From positions 1 to 56,733 of the IMG/VR virus record IMGVR_UViG_3300025087_000080: a stretch of DNA of 56,733 bases. One strand, given 5' to 3'. Within the stretch, counting starts at the first letter, position 1; every line of letters starts with the position of its first letter. Of the stretch, positions 28,337-36,778 are shown one piece after another. The notes under the pieces were generated by a model, which was not told where the DNA came from, did no database searches, and worked only from the letters and a program-made list of their open reading frames with translations. Both the position numbers and the translations under genes were made by a program. The stretch comes from a virus (Duplodnaviria; Caudoviricetes).

Positions 28337-28467
28337 CCCAAATACACAATGCCGCACATAAACTGTTGCAACCCTACCAACACCATTAAGGAGTTCGGAA
28401 GGACAGCCTATGCGCGACATTGAGGGTTTGGGTCATAATCAGAGACCTTAATGGTTTTAGGGTTGCA
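28337..28467 (-). ncRNA. Structured 5' leader of the initiator operon
   Basis: Two interleaved long inverted repeats; G-U compatible mismatches favour the - strand. Confidence 0.6.
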
Positions 28468-28472
28468 TTGGG

Positions 28473-28501
28473 AATATAATTCATTCAGAGGGGCAAAGCA
28501 A
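28473..28501 (-). promoter_or_regulatory. Sigma70-type promoter for the replication genes
   Basis: TTGCTT-17nt-TATATT just upstream of the structured leader. Confidence 0.55.
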
Positions 28502-28510
28502 CTACTTAAA

Positions 28511-28723
28511 TTAAGCTCCTCCCTTTATCGCTTCGCGCCGCTCGATTATTCCACTCTTCTCGCATGTCCAGCATCGGTTGGTTAATGATCGCCACGTAGC
28601 TGATTCCCCACAACAGACACAAATCCCACTGTTTAAGGCAACGCTGCCGCCTTTGGATAAAATCTTATCCCGAGTTTGTTTGTGTACGGGATTTCTCTTC
28701 AAATGAGTGCTCGCTGTAGGCAT
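28511..28723 (-). CDS. Small Cys-rich protein
   Basis: CVCC and CWTC; start overlaps the RNA ligase stop. Confidence 0.55.
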   Translation of the reverse strand: MPTASTHLKRNPVHKQTRDKILSKGGSVALNSGICVCCGESATWRSLTNRCWTCEKSGIIERREAIKGGA

Positions 28724-29748
28724 TATTTTTCCTTTAGTAAGAAATCGTTATTGAGAACCTTGAAGGATAATCTACCTCTTAAAGTTTGAGAATAGATCTC
28801 AATTTGGGGACGAACCACAATTCCCTCTTGATGATTACTGGAGCTTGGGTATCTTCCCTTCGCTAATTCAAGAAGATCTTCAAGACTATAGCAAAAGGAT
28901 TCGCCACGTTCTATAAGTGGCACAGCATTAAGCGGTAGTGTAGAAGACGAGCTAACATTAGCCGCGTTTATGAAACTATGAAGCTCTTGATAATTGAAGT
29001 ACCTCTGTTCATCTATGCCAAATATATTAAAGATAAACAATTCTGCTGTTTTTAGTTCCAACCTGTTGTTTTGAATCTTCGGCCCACAAATCTCGCCCTG
29101 AATTGCAATGTTTTTATTAAACCTTTTCAACAATTCAATAATCCCGTATCTCCGAGCAATATCAACATACATGTTGTCATCGAACTTCCTTTCAGTAGTA
29201 CGAGAACATACCCCACAATGATCATTCTTTTTATAGAAAGTAGAGGAAGTGCCATCGACCTTCATCGTGATATAATAGGGTAATCCCTTCATCTCGTTAA
29301 GCACTTTAAAACAGGATTGAATTCGGGTTTCGTCCGTCTTGGGAATAAATTCAGGGAATTTTCCAGCAGTATCTCCAAGAGCACACGAGGTTTCTGGTGG
29401 TGCATATTTTGTGATTTGCATAAGAGCTGTAACATCATCTCCGAGCACAAATTGGTTGGGGTAACATACAGAATCCAAAATAGATAGGGGGAAAATAATT
29501 CCCTGAGAAAGAACCCCACGTATTTTTTTTGTCTTGATACGATAGTTGTCTTTTTCTAAAAAAGAATACTGTGGAAGTGCAGGAAGCACACTATCTATCT
29601 CACAAAATACGCAAGAATCTCCAATCTGAAATTCTCCCCTCTTTGCCACTAACCGCCATCCCATAACGGTAACCTGTTCAATGAAATCTGAACCCAATAT
29701 CGGTTGTATATCCGAGATCTGTTGAATTGTTGCCAATTTGCGTTCCAT
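28723..29748 (-). CDS. RNA ligase (Rnl2/DRB0094-like with N-terminal OB-type domain)
   Basis: 'MERKLATIQ...CEIDS..P', 'FP.FIPKTDETRIQ', KVDGTS motif I, QGEICG, EGIVVR, SFKV. Confidence 0.9.
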   Translation of the reverse strand: MERKLATIQQISDIQPILGSDFIEQVTVMGWRLVAKRGEFQIGDSCVFCEIDSVLPALPQYSFLEKDNYRIKTKKIRGVLSQGIIFPLSILDSVCYPNQFVLGDDVTALMQITKYAPPETSCALGDTAGKFPEFIPKTDETRIQSCFKVLNEMKGLPYYITMKVDGTSSTFYKKNDHCGVCSRTTERKFDDNMYVDIARRYGIIELLKRFNKNIAIQGEICGPKIQNNRLELKTAELFIFNIFGIDEQRYFNYQELHSFINAANVSSSSTLPLNAVPLIERGESFCYSLEDLLELAKGRYPSSSNHQEGIVVRPQIEIYSQTLRGRLSFKVLNNDFLLKEK

Positions 29749-29780
29749 CTCATTCCCTTTCCTTGTGGCGTTTTAGGTGG

Positions 29781-29840
29781 AAAAAAGCAGGGGAGCCAGG
29801 TGGCAGGGTACTGCGCATGTGTTCGCACCCGACTCCCTGC
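29781..29840 (-). terminator. Branched hairpin plus U-tract after the recombination genes
   Basis: GCAGGGAG...CTCCCCTGC closing stem followed by TTTTTT on the - strand. Confidence 0.5.
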
Positions 29841-29855
29841 GGAGTAGTAGGTTAA

Positions 29856-31250
29856 TTAGGCGATTGAAACCTTCTTGTTCGCGTCTACCCAGAGCGTCTT
29901 TGCATCAATCATCTCTCGCACTGTGGACTTAATATCGTCTTGCGAATAGTCCACGGCAAAAAATGCCAGGAGGGAGTCCTTACTTACCGGTTGGTTCATT
30001 CCGATGTAATTCAAAATGTCTTGACGAATATCCACCGGTTTTGAGTATTCACCAGATGAATCTTTGGGGAAATTTGAAGTGTCGTCCTGAGCAGGAATCT
30101 GATCTGGATGAGTGTATAACCCATTCACAACAGGGATTTGCCACTCCTCCAGGTTCTTCACAAGGTGGGTAACTTGGATATTCTCTTTGATAAGAGCCTC
30201 CAAGAGTGTTTGTTGGCTCATGGCGTCTTCCGCCAGAATATCCAACACCCTCCCCTTGGTCATACGCATGACTGGCTCTTGTTTTAAGGGACTCGGAGAA
30301 GCTGGAGTAGTAGCATCAACCTTCATCTTTTCTTTGAGCCCTGCTGTTCCGTGTTTAGGTGGAGATGAATCTTCAGGAGCCAAGTCTCCAAGATTAAAGG
30401 CGTTCTCCGGGCTGATTTCATGTTCCTTGATAGCGGAATAAATATCCCGCAGTGTGACAACCTCATCGTTTGTGAGGTTGTCTAAATTGTGACCGAGGTA
30501 ATTTTCGAGAACCCCAGCCTTTATCCCATACCCCAGGAATCCCGAAATAATACGGTTTTTCTGGGACTGGATATTCTCTTTTGAGAGTTCAATAATTGTC
30601 TCTTCAACTCCCAACTTCACAAATGGAGGGATTCCAGACAGTAGCGCATTACGGCGCGCTTTTGAGGCTGCTCGATCAACCTCAATGGCAAATTCATCCT
30701 CATCCATCTCCTTGACCTCGTAGGTCTTCTTGTTGTTCACGAGGATAGCCTTTCCCTCGCGGTCTTTCTTGATAACCCTCTTGAATCGCGAGACCACCTT
30801 GGGGACGCTGATCATCATATTGGTATCAATGTCAACGTAGATCCCCTTTACAGTAGTGTACTTTCCGGAATCTTCAATACTCGCCGTCCACACGCAATTC
30901 CCCCAGTGTCGGGCAATGAGTTCAGCGGTTCTGACTGTCAATCCCGATCCGCGATTCGGGATTTCGTAGCGCATGGGGCTTCCTCCCTCGCCCTTTTTCT
31001 TGGGGTCAGGGACGCAGAGTTCGGGAATGTTTTGCAATTCCTTGACCATCCCATTGTATGCCTTGAGTTCGTCCCGCTTCTTCATCTTCTGAAGTGCGGA
31101 AAGCATCGCACCTTCAACGCGCATAATCCCGCCCGAAGGGATAGACGACTCCATCGCATCGAAACTTTCCTCAGCATTGCGGTCTTCGGACATCTTTTGA
31201 ATCCGCGCGCTGATACTTTTGTAAACCTCTAACTTCTTTTCTGGAGGCAT
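29856..31250 (-). CDS. Putative ssDNA-annealing/recombination protein
   Basis: Directly downstream of YqaJ; 'GLTVRTAELIARHWGN' and 'SKARRNALLSGIP' motifs recalled from YqaJ-linked proteins. Confidence 0.6.
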   Translation of the reverse strand: MPPEKKLEVYKSISARIQKMSEDRNAEESFDAMESSIPSGGIMRVEGAMLSALQKMKKRDELKAYNGMVKELQNIPELCVPDPKKKGEGGSPMRYEIPNRGSGLTVRTAELIARHWGNCVWTASIEDSGKYTTVKGIYVDIDTNMMISVPKVVSRFKRVIKKDREGKAILVNNKKTYEVKEMDEDEFAIEVDRAASKARRNALLSGIPPFVKLGVEETIIELSKENIQSQKNRIISGFLGYGIKAGVLENYLGHNLDNLTNDEVVTLRDIYSAIKEHEISPENAFNLGDLAPEDSSPPKHGTAGLKEKMKVDATTPASPSPLKQEPVMRMTKGRVLDILAEDAMSQQTLLEALIKENIQVTHLVKNLEEWQIPVVNGLYTHPDQIPAQDDTSNFPKDSSGEYSKPVDIRQDILNYIGMNQPVSKDSLLAFFAVDYSQDDIKSTVREMIDAKTLWVDANKKVSIA

Positions 31251-31251
31251 T

Positions 31252-32124
31252 TTACAATCCTTTCTCCGTGTAGCGTAATGCACGGAATGAGACTTCCTTG
31301 ACAGCATAAGCCTTTCGCTTCTGTTCATAATACGTAATTGCGGCTTGCGATCCGAGCATAATTCCAGCCTCGGCATCTCCCAGGGCAAGCAAGACCTTTT
31401 TCTTGGCGGAATCCTCCTCCTTTTCTGCCTTTTTTAACAACTCCACTGTTTCCCGCCATTGGGAAACAACATGGGGTGAGAGTTCCACAACTTTTTCCGC
31501 TCGCCTGCGCACTCTCTTGAGGGATTCCATTGATGGCAACACATCGGGAGGTGGAGTGTCTGCTTGCACATTGTTGAGCCAAAAGCTCTCAATCTTTCTC
31601 AGCAAATCTTCCTCCAACTCTGGGTCTGCCAGTACACTGTACATTGCATATCCCCGTCCGCCTAGAAGTGCTGGGACATGGCAAATCCCTGTGTTGGTAC
31701 AGTGTAGTTGTATGTGAGCTTGGACAAGATAGAGCATAGGGATTTCATCCGTCCCTGGCTCGCCCCACTCCGCTGTTCGGAAGGATAACAGACCAGCGGT
31801 TTTAGCTTCTACAGGCTCTCTTGTTCCCCGCACCTGACCGTCAAGTGTTGAGACTAAATAACGCAACTCTCTCGATTGCACCTCCACATTACGATCTAAC
31901 ACCCCCAACTCTCGCTCAGCGTAATCGAGTAGAACTGGCTCGAGGTCATTGCCGAGAGTAACTGCCTCGTTGTGGCGTTCTTCTCCCTTGTCCTCTAACC
32001 GATCTGTTTTTTCGAGCCAGATGTCATAAGCGGATTGCCAGGGGTTTACCCCGACAATAGCTGATACATCGGAAGCTCCGATTCTGTTTTTTCGAGCTGC
32101 CTTTTGTTCTTTAGTTAGGCTCAT
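31252..32124 (-). CDS. YqaJ-like (lambda exonuclease family) nuclease
   Basis: 'R...IGASDV.AI.G.NPW.S...W.EK', 'G..LEP', STLDG, EAKT, 'Y..Q'. Confidence 0.92.
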   Translation of the reverse strand: MSLTKEQKAARKNRIGASDVSAIVGVNPWQSAYDIWLEKTDRLEDKGEERHNEAVTLGNDLEPVLLDYAERELGVLDRNVEVQSRELRYLVSTLDGQVRGTREPVEAKTAGLLSFRTAEWGEPGTDEIPMLYLVQAHIQLHCTNTGICHVPALLGGRGYAMYSVLADPELEEDLLRKIESFWLNNVQADTPPPDVLPSMESLKRVRRRAEKVVELSPHVVSQWRETVELLKKAEKEEDSAKKKVLLALGDAEAGIMLGSQAAITYYEQKRKAYAVKEVSFRALRYTEKGL

Positions 32125-32338
32125 GGTTCGCCTTATCTGTGGCAATTAACTTTTTTTCAGTGGCCATTAACTTTTCAACCTCCTCATGGTGCCGGACAAT
32201 CGCCCGTGCGAAGTCCGTGTCGGTACGCCGGTACTCCTCGATGTGCCTGGCAAGGTCTGCTTCGGAACAGTTGTCTGCCAGGTGGTCGTATACGTTGTAC
32301 ACCTCCCTCTGTCGGGCGATGATAATAGGGTCAATCAT
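32111..32338 (-). CDS. Small hypothetical protein, paralogue of 35008..35289
   Basis: CSEADLARHIEEYR motif; GAGGAG SD before MIDPII. Confidence 0.65.
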   Translation of the reverse strand: MIDPIIIARQREVYNVYDHLADNCSEADLARHIEEYRRTDTDFARAIVRHHEEVEKLMATEKKLIATDKANHEPN

Positions 32339-32571
32339 TGATTCTCCTCTTTTAAAAGTTTGTTGAAGCTGTTCCACCATCTTTTTTACTAGACAGGAAG
32401 GTTTTCAAGCTCTTCTTGGAGTTCGGAAATTGTCCCCAGGATTGCTATTAACATTCTAACCCGTTTACCTGCTGGATGCGGTGACTTCCGTTTGAGGATT
32501 TCAAGCTCCTCCGCTGCCTCTTTTATGAGTCTTAAGGCTTCCTTCAACTCTTCTTCCATCGTTAACCCCTT

Positions 32572-33684
32572 TCATTGTAGACGCACCGGCATAATCAGCA
32601 TCAGGAAATCTTCCCCGTCTGCCTGTTCCAACGGTTTAACAACTGCCGCCTGAGTCACACCGCCCACTTCCATCACCATTTCTTCCGTATCAATCTGTTT
32701 CAGTATTTCCAGCATGTAAGCCGCGTTGTAACCGATCTCTTTTTCCGTGCCGTTGTAAGTCGCCGGGATACTTTCCTTGCCCTGACCGCCCAGCTCGATA
32801 TCCTCCGCTGTGATTTCCAGTTTATCCGCAAAGAGATGGAAGACAATTTGCTTGCTGACGGGATTGGAGAAGATCTGCGCACGCTTCACAGCACGAACCA
32901 GGTCGCCTGTCTTCACGATCAGGTGCTCTTCGATGTTCTGCGGAATGACGCTCTCGTAATGCGGGTACTTTCCCTCAATCAGACGTGAATACAAAGTAGC
33001 GTCCTGCAATTTCAACACGACCTGGTTTGCACCTATTGTCATCTGCACACTGCCTTCCTTCGGCAGGTTACGTCGCACCATATCCAGCGCTTTCACCGGG
33101 AAGATCAGCTCATGTGCCTCTCCCTCGTACTTGAAGGTCTGGTCAAAAATCCGCACCAGACGATGACCATCGGTTGCCACCGCACGTATCTCCTGGGGAC
33201 GGAACTGGAAAAATACTCCCGTCAATGCGGGACGCAGTTCATCACGTGACGCCGCAAAGGTCAGCCGTCGAATCATGCCGTCCAGTTTTTCCGCAGATAA
33301 AGAAACCTGTGTGGCTTCCACCACCTCCGGCAGACTGGGGAATTCCAAACCCGGGATGCCCGGCACCTGGTAGGCACCCGCTCCAGCCTGCATCTGCAAA
33401 TGGTTACTTTCATCCATCCAGCATTCAATGTCCAGTCCTTCCAGTTCACGAGTGATATCCCCGATTTTTTTCGCCGGCACAGATAAACTTCCATCTGTTT
33501 CGCCCTGTACCTCAATATCTGTAAGGATAGTCACTTCCAGATCCGTGGCGACCATGCGCAGACGGTTCCCTTCCAGTTGCAGCAGTATGTTGGAAATGAT
33601 GGGCAGTGTCGCTCTACTCGGCACCGCGGCGGCGATACGGTTGAACGCCTCGATAAAATTGGTCTGGGATGTTGAAAATCGCAT
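32572..33684 (-). CDS. dnaN: DNA polymerase III beta subunit (sliding clamp)
   Basis: 370 aa; 'LPII.NILL...ATDLE', 'FP.LP', 'R..LTGV', VATDGHRL, 'SRLIEGKYP.Y..VIP', 'IGYNA.Y', LIMPVRL. Confidence 0.97.
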   Translation of the reverse strand: MRFSTSQTNFIEAFNRIAAAVPSRATLPIISNILLQLEGNRLRMVATDLEVTILTDIEVQGETDGSLSVPAKKIGDITRELEGLDIECWMDESNHLQMQAGAGAYQVPGIPGLEFPSLPEVVEATQVSLSAEKLDGMIRRLTFAASRDELRPALTGVFFQFRPQEIRAVATDGHRLVRIFDQTFKYEGEAHELIFPVKALDMVRRNLPKEGSVQMTIGANQVVLKLQDATLYSRLIEGKYPHYESVIPQNIEEHLIVKTGDLVRAVKRAQIFSNPVSKQIVFHLFADKLEITAEDIELGGQGKESIPATYNGTEKEIGYNAAYMLEILKQIDTEEMVMEVGGVTQAAVVKPLEQADGEDFLMLIMPVRLQ

Positions 33685-33687
33685 TAT

Positions 33688-33918
33688 CTACTCCCTCCCA
33701 TCAATAAATTTTTTGAAACTGTCATACCAGGGGCTCTTTATTCCCACCCCGTAGGTTTTGCCTCCTGTGGTCGGGGAAGCGTGCCCTCGTTCCCACTCGT
33801 AGAGGGTGTGCTTTGCTGGTGGCTGTGTTCCACGGATCACCGCCAGCCGCAAACCCAACAATTTCCTACTCCCGCACAGTAAGCGGGCGTTTTTTACCTG
33901 TTCCGCTTCAATCCTCAT
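33688..33918 (-). CDS. XRE/Cro-like helix-turn-helix protein
   Basis: 'TLYEWERG...P' HTH signature; ATGA coupled to the recombinase. Confidence 0.65.
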   Translation of the reverse strand: MRIEAEQVKNARLLCGSRKLLGLRLAVIRGTQPPAKHTLYEWERGHASPTTGGKTYGVGIKSPWYDSFKKFIDGRE

Positions 33919-34847
33919 ATCAATCCTCCTAACGTGTTGCGCAAGCCTTTAGTCTGCGCGTTATTACTGTCACGGTATTTCATCGTTGTATCGATGTGCT
34001 TGTGCCCTGCATGAATCTGCACCTCTGCGAGCGACAAGCCGCGCTCTGCTGCTATCCTGTCAACCTCTGTGATGGAGGTGTGTCGGATGCCGTGAGGTCT
34101 CAGGTTAATTCCAATCTCTGAGCCATACTGGGACACCATTCTCCAGACAGATGCTCCCGTCATCCGCTGCCCGTATGAATTTGGAGACAGGGAGACGAAC
34201 ACCGCCTCCGCCGTGTCAGGGCTGAGTTTCTTCCACGCCTGGAGAGCTGTGGCTGCGGATTGCGACAGAGGGGTGGTGCTTTTTTCCCTGTGTTTTTTCC
34301 GAGTCACAGCAATTTCTGAGGGATGGATGTTGATCCAGTTGAGGGAGCAAACTTCCTCCCGCCGCAGCCCGAGGTCGAACAGGAGCCTCAGGATTGCATA
34401 ATCCCGAACCCCGCGGACAGTTGCCTGATCCGGCAGGGCAAAGACGTCTCGTAGCTCTCCAATCTCCGGGCCGCGGTTGTCTTTCCGCGGTTCGCTCTGG
34501 ACACCTTTAACAGATAGCCTCCAGGTCGAAACTCCTACCTGGTTAGCGAGATCCATGAGTGAGCGAATCGCCGCCAGCCGCCGGTTGATAACCGAGCTGG
34601 ATGTCCCCGAGTCGATCATGCTGTTGCGGTAGCGCAGAACCAAACCGTTCCCCTCCGCGGATGTGAGACCCAGTAGGGTATCCGCAATTTGCGCGGGGTG
34701 AACCTTGCACCACTCTGCGAACTGTCTGATGTCGCCCTGGTACGCCCGTACGGTTAGAGGGCTCTTGCCTCTGATCCACTCATCCATGAGTGAGGCTTGA
34801 GCCAAGCCCGCCGCTTGCGCTGTTGTAGAGATTAACCCTTTTTCCAT
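33915..34847 (-). CDS. Tyrosine recombinase (XerC/D-integrase family)
   Basis: SAM-like N-domain 'SPLTVRAYQGD'; catalytic residues in GLRREE, HGIRH, GH and TTMKY; GAGGAG SD before ATG 34847. Confidence 0.93.
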   Translation of the reverse strand: MEKGLISTTAQAAGLAQASLMDEWIRGKSPLTVRAYQGDIRQFAEWCKVHPAQIADTLLGLTSAEGNGLVLRYRNSMIDSGTSSSVINRRLAAIRSLMDLANQVGVSTWRLSVKGVQSEPRKDNRGPEIGELRDVFALPDQATVRGVRDYAILRLLFDLGLRREEVCSLNWINIHPSEIAVTRKKHREKSTTPLSQSAATALQAWKKLSPDTAEAVFVSLSPNSYGQRMTGASVWRMVSQYGSEIGINLRPHGIRHTSITEVDRIAAERGLSLAEVQIHAGHKHIDTTMKYRDSNNAQTKGLRNTLGGLI

Positions 34848-34930
34848 CTCCATCTCCTCGGTTTGTTCTGTCAATATATTCCCTCCAGGCTGGACTTTCA
34901 AGCCCCGCTGTCCGTCCTCTGGAGCTATAA

Positions 34931-34960
34931 GACCATTTTCCCGGCGTCAGCAAAATGGTC
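34931..34960. repeat. 30-bp imperfect palindrome, inverted partner of 48124..48153
   Basis: GACCATTTTCCCGGCGTCAGCAAAATGGTC; its reverse complement matches 48124..48153 at 29/30. Confidence 0.9.
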
Positions 34961-34973
34961 TGAATACAAAAGG

Positions 34974-35004
34974 AACCCTCCGATATGCCATCTCGGAGGG
35001 TTTT
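34974..35004. terminator. Hairpin terminator upstream of the recombinase
   Basis: AACCCTCCGA...TCGGAGGGTT flanked by A and T tracts. Confidence 0.7.
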
Positions 35005-35007
35005 AGT

Positions 35008-35289
35008 TTACTGATGGTGAGCTTCGAGCCGGCGCCATCCAGGACAGTATCCCCTGGTGGCGGGTGATTTCAGGCAGCGGCGATCCCGAGCCAGCATCTT
35101 CTCGACTGCTGCGTGGTGCGCCACGATTCCCCTGGCGAACGATGTATCTATGTGCCTGTACTCCTCGATGTGGCGTTTCAGATCAGCCTCGGAGCAGTGT
35201 TCACAAAGATATTCGTATGCTAAATAAACCGACGACTGCGGGCGCGCTATGCTGCCCAGCAGACGGTTAGCAAATTGTACTTCAGTCAT
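35008..35289 (-). CDS. Small hypothetical protein, paralogue of 32111..32338
   Basis: CSEADLKRHIEEYR motif. Confidence 0.65.
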   Translation of the reverse strand: MTEVQFANRLLGSIARPQSSVYLAYEYLCEHCSEADLKRHIEEYRHIDTSFARGIVAHHAAVEKMLARDRRCLKSPATRGYCPGWRRLEAHHQ

Positions 35290-35502
35290 CTCCTACTCCT
35301 TGGTTTGATTGCCCACGGCTTATGTATAGCGGTTGCCCGCCGATATCAAACGATCCTGGGTGGCTAGCCCCCTAAGGCTATAATGATCCGCCAACTCCAT
35401 CGCGGATTTTATAGATCCTGTAATATCTTGTATCCACGTCCCATGCACATAGTTTAGTGCAGGGGTTTCGTTGTAAACAAAGATTATAGAATACTTCATT
35501 TC

Positions 35503-35943
35503 CTACTCCTCTTCGTAAGGGCGTCCTGTAGGACAGACTGTCCATGGACGCAGGTGGTAATCCGCAACAACCACCTCCCGTTCCTCGCGCCAGAGGGTGA
35601 CGCAGCCAACTGTGAATGCTATGTCGGCAACGTTAACATCCTGCTTGATAACAATTTCACCCCACTTGCGAGCGAACTCGTAAGAAAGAGTCCAACTTGT
35701 CAGGTGCTGAATGGAGACACGGTCAACGGCGACAGGGTGGCCCGCATCAATTTCGCCTCTGTTCACACCGCGCCAGAGGGTGACGCAGCCAACTTTTGTC
35801 GACAACGGGAATAGCCGTTTAAAACCGGCGATCCCCTCCTCAGCGTACAGCTCTAATGCGGGTCTGAGGTTACCGGTCGCCCACGCATAGATGTATCTCA
35901 CGTGTGGCGTGACCTGGATAGGCCATGATTCCCTCGATCTCAT
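35503..35943 (-). CDS. Putative ADP-ribosyltransferase (R-S-E type)
   Basis: 'TLWRG', 'TSWT....FA..W' and 'EEREVVV' in the expected order; start at MRSRES. Confidence 0.6.
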   Translation of the reverse strand: MRSRESWPIQVTPHVRYIYAWATGNLRPALELYAEEGIAGFKRLFPLSTKVGCVTLWRGVNRGEIDAGHPVAVDRVSIQHLTSWTLSYEFARKWGEIVIKQDVNVADIAFTVGCVTLWREEREVVVADYHLRPWTVCPTGRPYEEE

Positions 35944-35969
35944 TTTCCTGCTCCTTTGGTTGTGTTTCA

Positions 35970-35986
35970 GCCGGCACCCGCCGGCT
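35970..35986 (-). repeat. Start-associated hairpin repeat, copy 4
   Basis: AGCCGGCGGGTGCCGGC, 26 nt before ATG 35943. Confidence 0.9.
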
Positions 35987-36029
35987 CCTGTGACTCCCCT
36001 CGCGGGGAGATCCACTCATCTACAGTTTT

Positions 36030-36398
36030 CTATACCACCGTGTACGTGTAAAACATCACTGTAGTTGTGAACTTTATAGGGGCTATGTCAGCCTCATATC
36101 GTTCACATATTTTATTATTAAGCGTAAGTACTAACGCTGTTTCGAGGAGTCTTTTTACCTCCTCTGGATTGTACCCAGTTATACTTAAAGTATTGTCTTC
36201 ATACACGAAGACTTTCGTATCCGTGGAAGACGACCAAGTATCCAACTGTAACGTCATTGGATACTGCTGTTCCGTTGTCTTTATCCAACTAAAAAACTTT
36301 TTTAGCTGGATAACTTCTAACCATTCTTGGTTAACAGGCATACTTGCCTTGACAAGGAATACAACACCCTTCTTGTTTTCATCAAAGTAAAACTTCAT
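36030..36398 (-). CDS. Early hypothetical protein
   Basis: AAGGAG SD, start MKFYF. Confidence 0.6.
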   Translation of the reverse strand: MKFYFDENKKGVVFLVKASMPVNQEWLEVIQLKKFFSWIKTTEQQYPMTLQLDTWSSSTDTKVFVYEDNTLSITGYNPEEVKRLLETALVLTLNNKICERYEADIAPIKFTTTVMFYTYTVV

Positions 36399-36423
36399 TT
36401 TTCCACTCCTTTTTCGGTTCCCC

Positions 36424-36440
36424 GCCGGCACCCGCCGGCT
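36424..36440 (-). repeat. Start-associated hairpin repeat, copy 3
   Basis: Identical 17-mer, 25 nt before ATG 36398. Confidence 0.9.
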
Positions 36441-36445
36441 CTTCG

Positions 36446-36488
36446 CTCCCCGCCGAGGAGTTGAACCTCGGATACACCAAGCGGGGAG
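36446..36488 (-). ncRNA. tRNA-like minihelix (acceptor stem plus T arm only)
   Basis: CTCCCCGC-ttggtgtatc-CGAGG-TTCAACT-CCTCG-GCGGGGAG; no anticodon arm and no CCA. Confidence 0.65.
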
Positions 36489-36497
36489 ATCCGCTCT

Positions 36498-36728
36498 CTA
36501 GAGCTCGTCAGACAGGAAAAACTGCCCGTCAGCAAAGACATAGACTCTATCCTCTGAGTCTTTGATCGATATAAATCTTGAAAAGATCCCGCCGCAAGAA
36601 CAATCAGACATTCCGCATAACTTGTTGTCTGCGCGTTTTATACTCCGAGCCGACATTGTCATCGACTCTGTTGATACCACAACACTCGCGGAAGTGTTGT
36701 GGAAAGTATTTTCAATGGTCAACTTCAT
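36498..36728 (-). CDS. Early hypothetical protein
   Basis: GAGGAG SD; 'N.FHNT...LCGMSDCSCGG' motif. Confidence 0.6.
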   Translation of the reverse strand: MKLTIENTFHNTSASVVVSTESMTMSARSIKRADNKLCGMSDCSCGGIFSRFISIKDSEDRVYVFADGQFFLSDEL

Positions 36729-36751
36729 TTTCATCTCCTCGTTGTTTTTCC

Positions 36752-36768
36752 GCCGGCACCCGCCGGCT
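36752..36768 (-). repeat. Start-associated hairpin repeat, copy 2
   Basis: Identical 17-mer, 23 nt before ATG 36728. Confidence 0.9.
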
Positions 36769-36778
36769 TTAGTTCCCC

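Noticed and set aside
33915-34847. Definite integrase with attP, i.e. a proven temperate lifestyle
   Set aside because: No host flanks, no identifiable attP core and no clear CI-type repressor; the enzyme could equally be a resolvase or invertase.
36446-36488. A functional tRNA gene
   Set aside because: No D arm, anticodon arm or CCA; kept only as a tRNA-like element.
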